The position numbers were made by a program, and so were the translations under genes. A stretch of DNA of 64,000 nt from Lama guanicoe (lineage: Eukaryota), in contig MU054323.1 of assembly GCA_013239625.1 (NCBI GenBank), positions 7,491,220-7,555,219 on the forward strand. Direction: 5' to 3'. Numbering within the stretch: the stretch's first letter is position 1; every line of letters begins with the position of its first letter. Below are positions 53,360 to 64,000 of the stretch, piece by piece. The notes beneath the pieces were generated by a model. It ran no database searches, was not told the DNA's origin, and saw only the letters and a list, made by a program, of their open reading frames with translations.

Positions 53360-55054
53360 CAGCAAATTACAAAGAAGATTGAGTTCACAGTTCTGCCAAG
53401 ATTCTCCTGAACCCTATGGGCTAGAAGAAATGGCTCCCTTGCCCTTGCTACAAGGGCAGTCTCCTCTGCCTAAAGACTGTGCAAAGGCCTCATCTGAGAT
53501 GCATGTCTCAAAAGATGCTGACCCTCCCCAGGATCTGTCCCTGCCCTCCTCACTGCTTCTAGGCTAACAACTAGGGTCAAGTCTTGGCATCATCAGAATA
53601 GGGAGGCAACGTCCTCGCTTTGGATGGAAAAGGGATGATTCATCAAAATGGCTGCTGGACCTGTCAATACACACCGGCAGGAACTGGGAGAACATATCTG
53701 GGAATGGATCTTGAGATGCTGAACTTGGGGGGCAGATGTAAGGTCGGTAAGAAAAAGCTTGTTGATATGGCGGCACTCATCCCATGACCCAGGATTTAAT
53801 GTTCTGAAAAGGACACCTGGTACCAGTCCAAATGTGCTGCTGGATTGGCTCACTTAAACCGATTGCGGGGAGGGCGTTGGTGACCTATAGAAAATGAATC
53901 GGAGATGCTAGAACCACACAGCAGGGTATAAAGAGTTAATAGGGTGCTCCCCTTCCTATGTATCCCAACCTTTACTGAGTCCTTCTATACTAGACTGACA
54001 GCATCTGCTTTTTTGTGTTTTTTAAACAGAGAATCCAGCTTTCTCTGATCTCTGAAGTCCATTTTGCTCCTTGCATGACAGGCCTGAAATACTACAGGTT
54101 TACCATTCCCCGGAAACAGTTTCGACCAATGATTGATGTGGGTGATACATAAATACTCTGTCTTGGCCTGTCAAGGGTTGTAACTCTGAGGACACATTTT
54201 ACATTGGCTCCTAGAGCTCCCCGGTGGGAATAAGCTCAGTTACCCGCGGTGGTAACTTGCTTGATAACAAACCCTTTATTTGCTGACTTCCTTCCCTATC
54301 TCACTTCTCTGTCCCCTGCTGGTATTTGCCGGGATAACCTCCAAAACAAAACATTTGCACTGAAGTTCTTGTCTGAGAGTCAGCTTCTGGTAGAACTCAA
54401 ACTAAATATTAAGTCTTTTCATTTCAACCACGCTTAAAGTTCAGATTTCATAAAATCCAAATTTATGGGGTACACATTAACTAAGATTTCTATAAATGAT
54501 TTCCCTTGGCCTTAGTGTGACTCCATCCTCGTGCTCTATATGGATACCTCCATCTTTGTAATCATGATTTTAATAGTCCACACTCGACAAGGATCTAATC
54601 CTATCACCACACCTGATTATAAATCCTTCTTCCTGATATAACCTTCAAGATAAACACTTCCAGGAGTGTAAACACATCTCTCTTTTTCCTTCCACTTGGA
54701 TTCCTGGCACTTTGCCTTTTCTTAGTCTCATAATCCAGAGGTAACCAACACCTCCTTATCATTCACTTCACATACTAACCCTGATTTCAAACACTGCCAC
54801 TTCCTTCCTCATAATCACTCTCACATCCACCCTTTTTTCCCCCATTTCAAATGCCAAAATCTTTGTCCGCATAAATGCACAAATAAAATTCTATGACACC
54901 GTGATCTCAGGGCTCTGCAACCTCTTCTTCCTGAGTTCATCCTGTGGATACTCAGAGAAATCCACCAGATACATCCATTCAAACATGTCTGATCTTCACT
55001 GGATTCAAATCACCCTACTCAGGAGCTTCATTCCACTCGATTAAAAAACAAAAC

Positions 55055-55505
55055 AAAACACAGAGCACAAAGTGAAATAAGCCAGACAGAGAAAGACAAA
55101 TACTATATAATCTCACTCATATGTGGAATCTAATAATACAAAAACAAAAAGTCAAACTCATCATAGAAGCAAAGTAGATTAGTAGTTGCCAGAGTCTGGG
55201 GAGTGGGGGGAATGGGGAGATGTTGGTCAGAGGTACAAACTTTCAGTTATATGGTGAATAAGTTCTGAGGATCAAATGTGGAGCATGGTGCCTGTAGTTG
55301 ATAATACTCCAGTGTATACCTGAAATTTGCTAAGAGAGTAGATCTTAAACCACCACCGCACACACAAAAAAGGTAACTGTGTGAGGTAATTAACTTAATT
55401 GTAGTAATCATTTCACAATGTATACAATTATCAAATCATCATGTTGTACAATTTAAATACATACCATTTTATTTGTCAGTAGACCTCAACAAAGCTGGGG
55501 GAAAA
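55055..55505 (+). mobile_element. LINE-1 3'UTR (L1MA-like)
   Basis: aagtgaaataagccagacagagaaagacaaatact...ctcaacaaagctggggg. Confidence 0.82.
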
Positions 55506-55829
55506 CTTTAAACAATATATTTGAATACCTTTCTATATCAAAGCCATAATTTTGAATGATGGAATGGAATTTTATCACATTCACCCAAGCCTTGACTGTT
55601 GGCAATTATTTCCAACTATCTATTACTATATGAACAATGCAACAATAAATATCTTTAAAGCAAAATTTAAAAAAAAAGAACCAGAATATAGCTTCAGTGT
55701 ACAAAATGAAAGGAAACCAGGGTCCTAACTCTGAGAATTTAAGTGAAGTTTCTTCCATCTGATAGGAGTTGAAACTGTTAGGTTCCTAGAAAAGGTTATT
55801 TAATGACATAAGCCCACTGCCAAACTGAA

Positions 55830-58380
55830 TGAATGATACCAAAAGCACAATCCATGAAAGGAAAAATTGATGAGTTGGATCTTACCAAAGTTAACTGCTC
55901 TTCAAAAGATACTGTTGAAAGAATGAAAAGTAAAGCCCCAGAGTGAAAGAAATATTTTCAAAACACATACCTGATGAAGAACTTGCATCCAAATTATGAA
56001 AAGAACTCTTACAACTCAACAATAAGAAAACAGTCCAATATAAAAAATGATCAAAATCTGAACAGACACCTCACCAAAGAAGATATACAGAAGGTAAGCA
56101 TATGAAAAGATGTTCAACATCTTTTGTCATTAGGAAATTACAAAGTAAAACAACAATGAGATACCACTGTACACCTATCAGAATGGCTAAAATCCATAAA
56201 CTGTCAATAGTAAATTCTGACAAGAATGTGGAGCAACAGGAACTCTCATCCTGCTAGTAGGAACACACAGCCTTGCTGGTAGACAGTTTTGCAGTCTCTA
56301 ACAAAACTAATCATAGTCTTACCATGCAACTCAGCAACTGCACTAGGTATTTACCCAGCTGAGTGGAAAATGTATATTAACACAAAGCTGACCCAAATGT
56401 TTACACCAGCTTTATTCACAACTACCAAATACTGAAAGCAACCAAGATGCCCTTCAGTAGGTGAATGGATAAACAAACTGCTCTTTTCATAAATGGAATA
56501 TTGTTCAGCAATAATAAATAAGTTATTAAGCCATGAAAAGACATGAAGCTTAAATGCATATTGCTAAGTGGAAAAGCCAGTCTGAAAAGGCTACATACTG
56601 TATGATTCCAATTTTATGACCTTCCAGGAAAAACAAAATTATACAAATGGTAAAATGATCAGTGACTGCCAGATTTGGGAAGAAGGGAAGAGGAATGAAC
56701 AGGGGAAGCACAGGTGAATTTTTAGGGTGATAAAACTTCCATATGATCCTGTAATGTTGGGTACCGACACTACGCATTTGTGAAAACCAAAAGAAATTTA
56801 CAACACAGAGTGAACCTTAATGCATGCAAATTTTTAAAAAATCCTTTAGGAAGTCAGAGGATCCCAGGATACAATGCAGAATATGAGAAAACAATCTAAC
56901 TGAATTATAAATATATGAAACAACCCCACTGAACGGTGGGGGTAGGGAGGCGAAGTATAGAGACCTAAGTAACTCTGGAAGTGAATGGACGCTGTAAGTC
57001 TAAAGGTAAAATAAAATATACGTGAGTACTGTACTCTAGTTTTCCACAGGTTATGGGTTAACAATTCTGATATTGCTACGCACATATGCATAATTGAACA
57101 ATTAAGTAAACAAATGGCAGGTGGTGGAATGTGAGGTTACAGATAAGCAAGGTGAGACGCTAGAATGATCCAGGTGGTAATGGAATAGATTACCACTGGA
57201 GACATCAGTATAATTCATGGTTAACTTAGTATAGATACATGGATAGTTACACATAAAAGCGTTAGTACGTATGAGCATATTAGCATACACATAGACACGT
57301 CCTTGCTCTGCCAACTAAGAGAGACTAGAAACAACAATATCCCAATAGCAATGAGCACATCTAGTGCCCGAATTTTTGTTTATAATATAATTCTCCAATA
57401 AAAGGAACCAGGGCTTCTCTGAGAAATGCCTGAGGCAAGAAGTATACAAGATGAGCCTGGAGCATCTTATAACATAGAAAGTGAAGACATCCTGGGAGAA
57501 AAAAAAATATGATAGGTGTATACCAAAGGGACATAGAGACCAACTGAAAGAGCGCCCAATGGCCAAAGTGGGAAAAATTTCAGCAACAAAATAAAATAGT
57601 ATTAAACATCCTTAAATTGATTCTGATAACAATGACTGAATAAATTAATAAATGAAAAATCTATAAATATCCTGTACAGAAAAATTCCAAATAATTTATA
57701 TAGATACTCTGCCCTGAAGAAGGCGGGAACATAATTCCCCACTCCTTATGCGTGAGCTGTGCACAGTTGGACTTTCTTCCAAAGAGGTGAAGGGGGAAAG
57801 GGAAATAACTTGACAGTGGAGAAACCTGATAAACACTACCTCAGCCAGGTGATCCAGTGCAACATCAGCCCTAATAAACCATGTTGACAGCAGTACCCTT
57901 GACACAATGTGATGAAATAGCATTTTACCTCTGTGGGCTTCCTCCCAAAAACCTATGAACCCAATCTAATCATGAGGAAAACATCCGGCAAATCTCAATT
58001 GAGGGAAAATCTACAAAATGCCTGACCAATATGCCTTAAAACTGTCAAGTTTCATCAAAAGCTTTCTCAGAAAAGCCTGACAAACTGACATACCCGAGAG
58101 AAATCTAAGGAAACATGACAACTAAATGTGATGTGGTATTCTGGATGGGATTCTGGAACAGAAAAAGGCCATTAGGTAAACACTAAGGACATCTGAATAA
58201 AGTGAGGGTTTTAGTTAATAATAATGTATCATCATTAGTTCATTAACGGCAACAAATGAACCATACTGATGTAAAATGTTAGTAACAGAGGGAACAGGGT
58301 ATGGGATGCACATAGGAACTCTCTATTATTATTCAATTTTTCAGTGAATCTAAAAATGTTCTGAAAAATAAAGTTTTTTT
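55830..58380 (+). mobile_element. Old LINE-1 ORF2 end and long 3'UTR (L1MC/MD-like)
   Basis: aagaactcttacaactcaacaataag; tgtgatgtggtattctggatgggattctggaacagaaaa; ends in aaaaataaagtt. Confidence 0.8.
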
Positions 58381-58615
58381 AAGACAGTACAATTACATAT
58401 TTCTTTCCTTTATTCCCTTAATTGATTTAAAGAGCAATTGTTTTTTAATACAATACAGATAAAATAATATTTATAAATTACATTGTTGGGCCTGTAACAT
58501 ACAGAATTCCCTAAAAAGACAACAATCCTAAACATCTACATACGTAATCACAGTGCCTCAAAATACACTAAGCAAAAATTGATAGAACTGAAAGGAGAAA
58601 GACAAATCCACACTT

Positions 58616-58760
58616 TTTTTTTCTAATTTTTTTATTTTGGGGGAGGGTTGGGGGGGTTGGGTCTATTTATTTATTTTTAGAGGAAGTACTTACTGGGGAT
58701 TGAATCCAAGACCTCATGTATGCTAAGCATGTGCTCTACCACTGAGCTATACCCTCTCCC
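58616..58760 (-). mobile_element. Vic-1-like SINE with perfect 12-bp TSD, inserted in an L1 fragment
   Basis: TSD aaatccacactt at 58604-58615 and 58763-58774. Confidence 0.92.
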
Positions 58761-59604
58761 TTAAATCCACACTTAGACTTGGAGACTTCAACACTCCTCT
58801 ATGATCAACACAAGTAGAAAGTCAAGATGAATATGGAAGGACAAAACAACACCATCAGCCGACTAGCTCTAATTGACCTTTCTAGAAAAATCCACCCAAT
58901 AATGACAAAATACAAATTCTTTATACATGCACATAAAACATGCATCACCAAACTGAAAAAAGCTAATTCCTCTGGAGATGGAAGCAGAATAATGTGACTG
59001 CAGAGGGATACCAACTCTATTAGTGATGATGTGTTTACTAGGCTGGGTTCTAGGTACATTGTATTATTCTTTATGCTTTATATGCCTATTTCACAGTAAA
59101 ATTTTAAGTCATTTGAGTATATTCCCTGGTAAACCTTTCCTTTTAGTGGTTTGGGGGTTAAAGAGGCAGGTCTCCACACATTTCATTACTAAAATGGACT
59201 ATACCAAAACCATAAGCTCTGAACTTTTATCCAAATGTACAGGAATGCTCACACACTCCATAATTTGATATAATACTTATGTCAAATCCTCAGTGATGTG
59301 TTCTATGAGTACCGGAACAGCATTCGCTAACGAAGGATACATTATAGTTCGTCACCAAACTAAAACTCTTAATTTGTCTATATATTATTTCAGCCAGTTT
59401 TACTAAAACAGGAAGAACAAAGATTTATGGCTTTTAATCTTTTACCTCTAAAGCAGGAAATCTCCAAATAAACGTCTAAAAATGTATCATTAGGTAAATA
59501 AAATTTTAAGATTATTAATTTACACATGACTATAACCATCACTGAAAAAAGCTCAATAAGTTTATCTTCATATTCTGAATGCTTAGTTTTAAAATATCTC
59601 AACT

Positions 59605-60890
59605 AGCTAGAACACTCCCTTACACCATACACAAAAATAAACTCAAAATGGATCAAAGACTTAAACATAAAACAAGATACAATAAACCTCCTAGAAGAAA
59701 ATATAGGCAAAACATTATCTGACATACATCTCAAAAATGTTCCCCTAGGACTGTCTACCCAAGCAATAGAAATAAAAGCAAGAATAAACAAATGGGACCT
59801 AATTAAACTTACAAGCTTCTGCACAGCAAAGGAAACCATAAATAAAACAAAACGACAACCTATGGAATGGGAGAAAATTTTTGCAATTAAAACCAACAAC
59901 GGCTTGATTTCCAGAATATATAAGCAGCTCATATGACTTAATAAGAGAAAAACAAACAACCCCATCCAAAAATGGGCAAAAGACCTAAACAAGCAATTCT
60001 CCAAGGAAGAAATACAAATGATCAATAGGCACATGAAAAAATGCTCAGTATCACTAAATATCAGAGAAATGCAAATCAAAACTACAATGAAGTATCACCT
60101 CACACCAGCCAGAATGGCCGTCATTCAAAAGTCCACAAATGACAAATGCTGGAGAGGCTGTGGAGAAAAGGGAACCCTCCTACACTGCTGGTGGGAATGC
60201 AGTTTGGTGCAGCCACGGTGGAAAACAGTATGGAGATTCCTCAAAAGACTAGGAATAGACTTACCATATGACCCAGGAATCCCACTCCTGGGCATCTATC
60301 CAGAAGGAATCCTACTTCAAAATGACACCTGCACCCCAGTGTTCACAGCAGCACCATTTACAATAGCCAAGACATGGAAACAGCCTAAATGTCCACCAAC
60401 AGATGACTGGATAAAGAAGATGTGGTATATTTATACAATGGAATACTATTCAGCCATAAAACTGACAACATAATGCCATTTGCAGCAACATGGATGTTCC
60501 TGGAGAATGTCATTCTAAGTGAAGTAAGCCAGAAAGAGAAAGAAAAATACCATATGAGATCGCTCTTATGTGGAATCTAAAAAATAAAAAAACATAAATG
60601 CAAAACAGAAAGAGACTCATAGATATAGAATATAAACTTGTGGTTGCCAAGGGGGCAGGGGGTGGGAAGGGACAGACTGAGATTTCAAATTGTAGAATAG
60701 ATAAACAAGATTATACTGTATAGCACAGGGAAATATATATAATATCTTGTGGTAGCTTGCAGCAAAAAAAAAATGTTTGACAATGAATATATGTATGTTC
60801 ACGTATAACTGAAAAATTGTGCTCTACACTGGAATTTGACACAACATTGTAAAATGACTATTACTCAATAAAAAAAGTTTAAAAAAAAAA
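59605..60890 (+). mobile_element. Relatively young 5'-truncated LINE-1 (ORF2 C-terminus, 3'UTR, poly(A))
   Basis: ORF 60018..60473 includes the ORF2p Cys-rich motif [19 protein letters not shown]-tail ends at 60890. TSD core tctcaact at 59597-59604 and 60892-60899. Confidence 0.95.
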
Positions 60891-63469
60891 GTCTCAACTG
60901 ATATTAGCCTTGTACTGTCATTAAGCTTAAGAACAATACACTCAATGGTATATATAAACTTATATACCAAATAGTATTTTTAAAAATGTAAGGTTTCTTT
61001 TTTAATGATTCCCCTTCAATCTGCTTAGATTATTACTATTTTGTACTTTGCATCTGACTGACAACAGGTTCATAACATAAGTAGAAGTATCAGCTCGGCT
61101 TGTTTCCTGCTGTTCATGGGTCCTCGTGTTATCACTTCAATCATCAGTTAAATCTGAAACTTCAATCTGCAGTTTCTTTGCAGGAATCTTTTCAAGCCCT
61201 TTGTCCATTCACTCAGCAAGGTTCATTTCATGCCAGTCAGATAATATAATCTGAAAGACCACTAAACCAGGCAGAGTTAACTGTAATATGTCCAAATAGG
61301 ATGTAAGCAAACAAATAAGGAGGCTCAGGCTGTCAGTGCCTCCAGGTTGTGGTGTCCCCACGGTCCCCCTCTCAGGGTACCCAGCTCTCCACACCGGGTA
61401 CATATCATCAGACATACAGATGGAGTCAACTGTCAACCTATGGATTAAATATTGGTAAAGCTAATTGCCTTTTTTTTTTCCTGTTATACCTGGCATAGAA
61501 GATCAACCTGCATGCCTCCCACTTTAGAAACCATTACTCTTTAAAAAAAAAAACAAAAACTAGAATGAAAAGATGAGACTGTGCTAGGCTTGAGGAGCAA
61601 ATGAGCGATACGAAGGGTAGGATCAGACGAGGAAATTCAGAGCCTAATTGGTAGTTAACTTGGCCCAAAGTTAAAGCTAGTAATTTGTGGAGTCAGGCCA
61701 CCAATTTGACAATAAAGCCTACTCTCTTTCCACTGTACCACATCGCCCCCTCCAGGGCAAACACGGGGACTCCAGGACTGAGGAAAGAACACAAGTCCCC
61801 AAACCGTGGCGCTGGAGCAGACCCTAGGCCACAGCTAAATGGGGTCCGGAGGCTAGTGCAACAAAACGTCTGGACCCTCGTTCGTCCTGTCAGGGAAGCA
61901 ATGTATTCCAGAGCTAGACTCAGTCTGCAGGCAGAAGTTAAGTAAATCCCACAGTCAAGACTAAAGGAAAGAAGAGCAGGTTCTAGAAATGTTCCAGAAA
62001 GTCCCTGCACTGCACCTAAGTGTTAAGTATGCATCACTCCCCTTGAATCTTTCTGTTCATGTCTTAACTTCCAGGTCTCAGTTACTTCAAAGCATCTAGG
62101 TATCAAAACGACTTGTTCAAGTTCACTGTCTCCCAGCAAACTCCTGTCAGTTTTTCTCTGGATGCTCCCTTCATTAAGGAGTCAGAGGTGACTGAGATTG
62201 TCACTAATAAGTCCTTAGCTGTAACTAATCAAACTTCCCTCGAGAGAACTAACTTCCCTGCTTATTTCAGGAAAATTCTCGACTATCCTTCCTCTAATAC
62301 TTCTTTCCTCTTCTCTTTCAGATTAAAAAAAAAATGACAGAAAAAGCAAACTTTGTAAAACCATAGAGATTGACTTTTTTTTTAACAAATTTGAAAACAG
62401 TCTCTAAGTTCCAATAAAAAGGAACTTGTTTATTCATGACTGCACTCCATAACTACCCAGTGCTCTGAATAGCAAATATAACCCCACAGGGTTATGGCAG
62501 CTGTTAAATAAATGATGTAAAGCATTTAGCACAATGCCTGGCACAAAATAAGAGCCTAATAAATGTTAGCTACTATTACTGACATTATTATGTAACTACT
62601 CTCTTGGATGAAGCCTAGATTGGAATTCTATTGGCAAGGCTCCTTTCTCTTAATTTACATTTCTTCTGATTTAAAAGTATAAAAATATAAAGTTGGAAGA
62701 AGAGTAAATACTTTGTTATCAATCATTTGCAACATTTTAAATTTGGCATAGAGAAAGGGTTTTAATACAATGAAAGGAGGTAAAGAGGTAGAAATGCAGT
62801 GTTCCCAAGGAATCAAAGAATAAAATATAAGAAAACTGGGGGAAAGGAAGACACAAAAAGGAGAAACAGATGCCTCTAGTCTGCTAAAGACAAACCTCAG
62901 AGTTTTTCCAAAAACCTGCCATAGGCTGCTTAGTTCATAAGGAGAAAATTTCAGTTCTAAGCAAAGATACTAAACTACTTACCTAATAAGGAAACATTAA
63001 AAGTTAAGAACCAGAAAGGGTACAGTCTTGAAATGACACACAAAACTGTAGTTGTCATAGTCATATTTCAGAAAAAAAAGGTATCCTTGTTAGTTATTTT
63101 TATAGCTAAGCTTGTCCCTAAAAAGTTTTTTTAGAAAGATATATAAGAATTACTATTAATTACTTTTTCAAATGACTTTGGAATTAGTTGGGAGGAAAAT
63201 AAGACCAATTAAATGTGTTCCAACCTAAATCAAATCATTCTATTTTTGTTTGTGCAGTTATGAAAGGTTTAGTCATTATAAGAAACTGTTCAAGAACATG
63301 TGAAACGTCAGACTGGCAAAAAACAGTGAAGTATCTTATGAAGAGCAAGTCTTTCACAGAAATCTTATTGGAAACACATAGTGGTCATATCACCGTGCTC
63401 AGGAATTATGTGGGTAAGCCAAAAGGCAAAATCCAATTTGAACTTGGAACATGAAACAGTCTTGTTTAG

Positions 63470-63710
63470 AGACAGCATGTGGAAAGAACATGGGCTGTGA
63501 GATTGGACCTGGGTTCAAATACCACCTCCACAGCTGATTAGCTGTGTAGCCCTGAACAGGTTTTTAACTCCTCTGTGCTCAATTTCCTCACCCATACACT
63601 GTGATACCACACCTCGCCTCCACACTTGGTAAAGACTAAAGTGTAGCCATGATCTATGAAAATTCCCTGACACACAGTAAGTAGCATCACAATAAATAAG
63701 TCACTGTTAC
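63470..63710 (+). mobile_element. MIR
   Basis: gacctgggttcaaatacc...tagctgtgtagccctgaacagg...ctcaatttcctcac. Confidence 0.7.
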
Positions 63711-64000
63711 TTGCAAAAGAAAGTCTCTGGCAAAAGGAGACAGAGCAAGTAGAGATAAAAGGGGGCAGGCAGTAAAGAGTCTAGAAAAAGAAGCCAGGAA
63801 GAAGCTGGAATCGTTAGGGGCTGAAAAAGTCCTTATAGAGTCCCAAAATTTACCAAAAAAAAATTTTATTTACTGAGCCCTATTTGATTACAATGAAGCT
63901 GAGTTACAAGAATATTTAGTCCAAACAGGATTATTGCTGAAATGCTGTAATACATAGCTTATAATGTTATAATATACAGTTTATAGTGTTGTTAATATAC

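Larger units (their letters stand above)
51729..54410 (+). mobile_element. ERVL-class provirus remnant (LTR16/ERV3-16A3-like): LTR ~51729-52223, internal gag remnant, second LTR ending ~54410; interrupted by the RPL17 retrocopy
   Basis: First LTR starts tgtggcagaa and ends aaataagaca. The two LTRs share taactctga and acccttta blocks. 53672-53716 translates HRQELGEHIWEWILR, resembling the ERVL gag WEWILR motif. Confidence 0.7.

Noticed and set aside
59603..60079. 158-aa minus-strand ORF, the longest in the window
   Set aside because: Antisense reading frame of L1 ORF2.
60018..60473. 151-aa ORF with a Cys-rich motif
   Set aside because: C-terminal fragment of ORF2p in a 5'-truncated L1, not a host gene.
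1..64000. CRISPR arrays, operons or other prokaryotic-type systems; DTNB promoter CpG island
   Set aside because: No regularly spaced repeat-spacer array, no gene-dense region and no extended CpG island were seen; this is mammalian intronic DNA.

Overview
AT-rich mammalian genomic DNA, very probably from a camelid (alpaca, llama or camel), judged from eight tRNA-Ala(AGC)-derived Vic-1-like SINEs. The whole window lies inside the 5' half of DTNB (beta-dystrobrevin) on the minus strand. Five coding exons (67, 81, 214, 86 and 155 coding nt) splice in frame to give residues 1-201, the N-terminus and EF-hand region. The non-coding first exon and promoter were not seen and probably lie beyond base 64000; the downstream exons lie before base 1. 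The introns are mostly interspersed repeats: L1 of several ages, L2, MIR, MaLR/ERVL/ERV1 LTRs and hAT/Tigger elements. A full-length, disabled RPL17 processed pseudogene is nested in an ERVL-like provirus remnant. The most notable observations are (1) a non-canonical GC 5' splice site (AG|GCTAGT) needed to keep DTNB in frame, (2) the RPL17 retrocopy with its 5'TOP, a possible cap-derived G, a TSD and an internal duplication, (3) a candidate alternative exon in the intron after the first coding exon, and (4) a strong-Kozak second ATG. I found no convincing evidence of a wholly new biological system. Repeat family names and most repeat boundaries are by eye and approximate.
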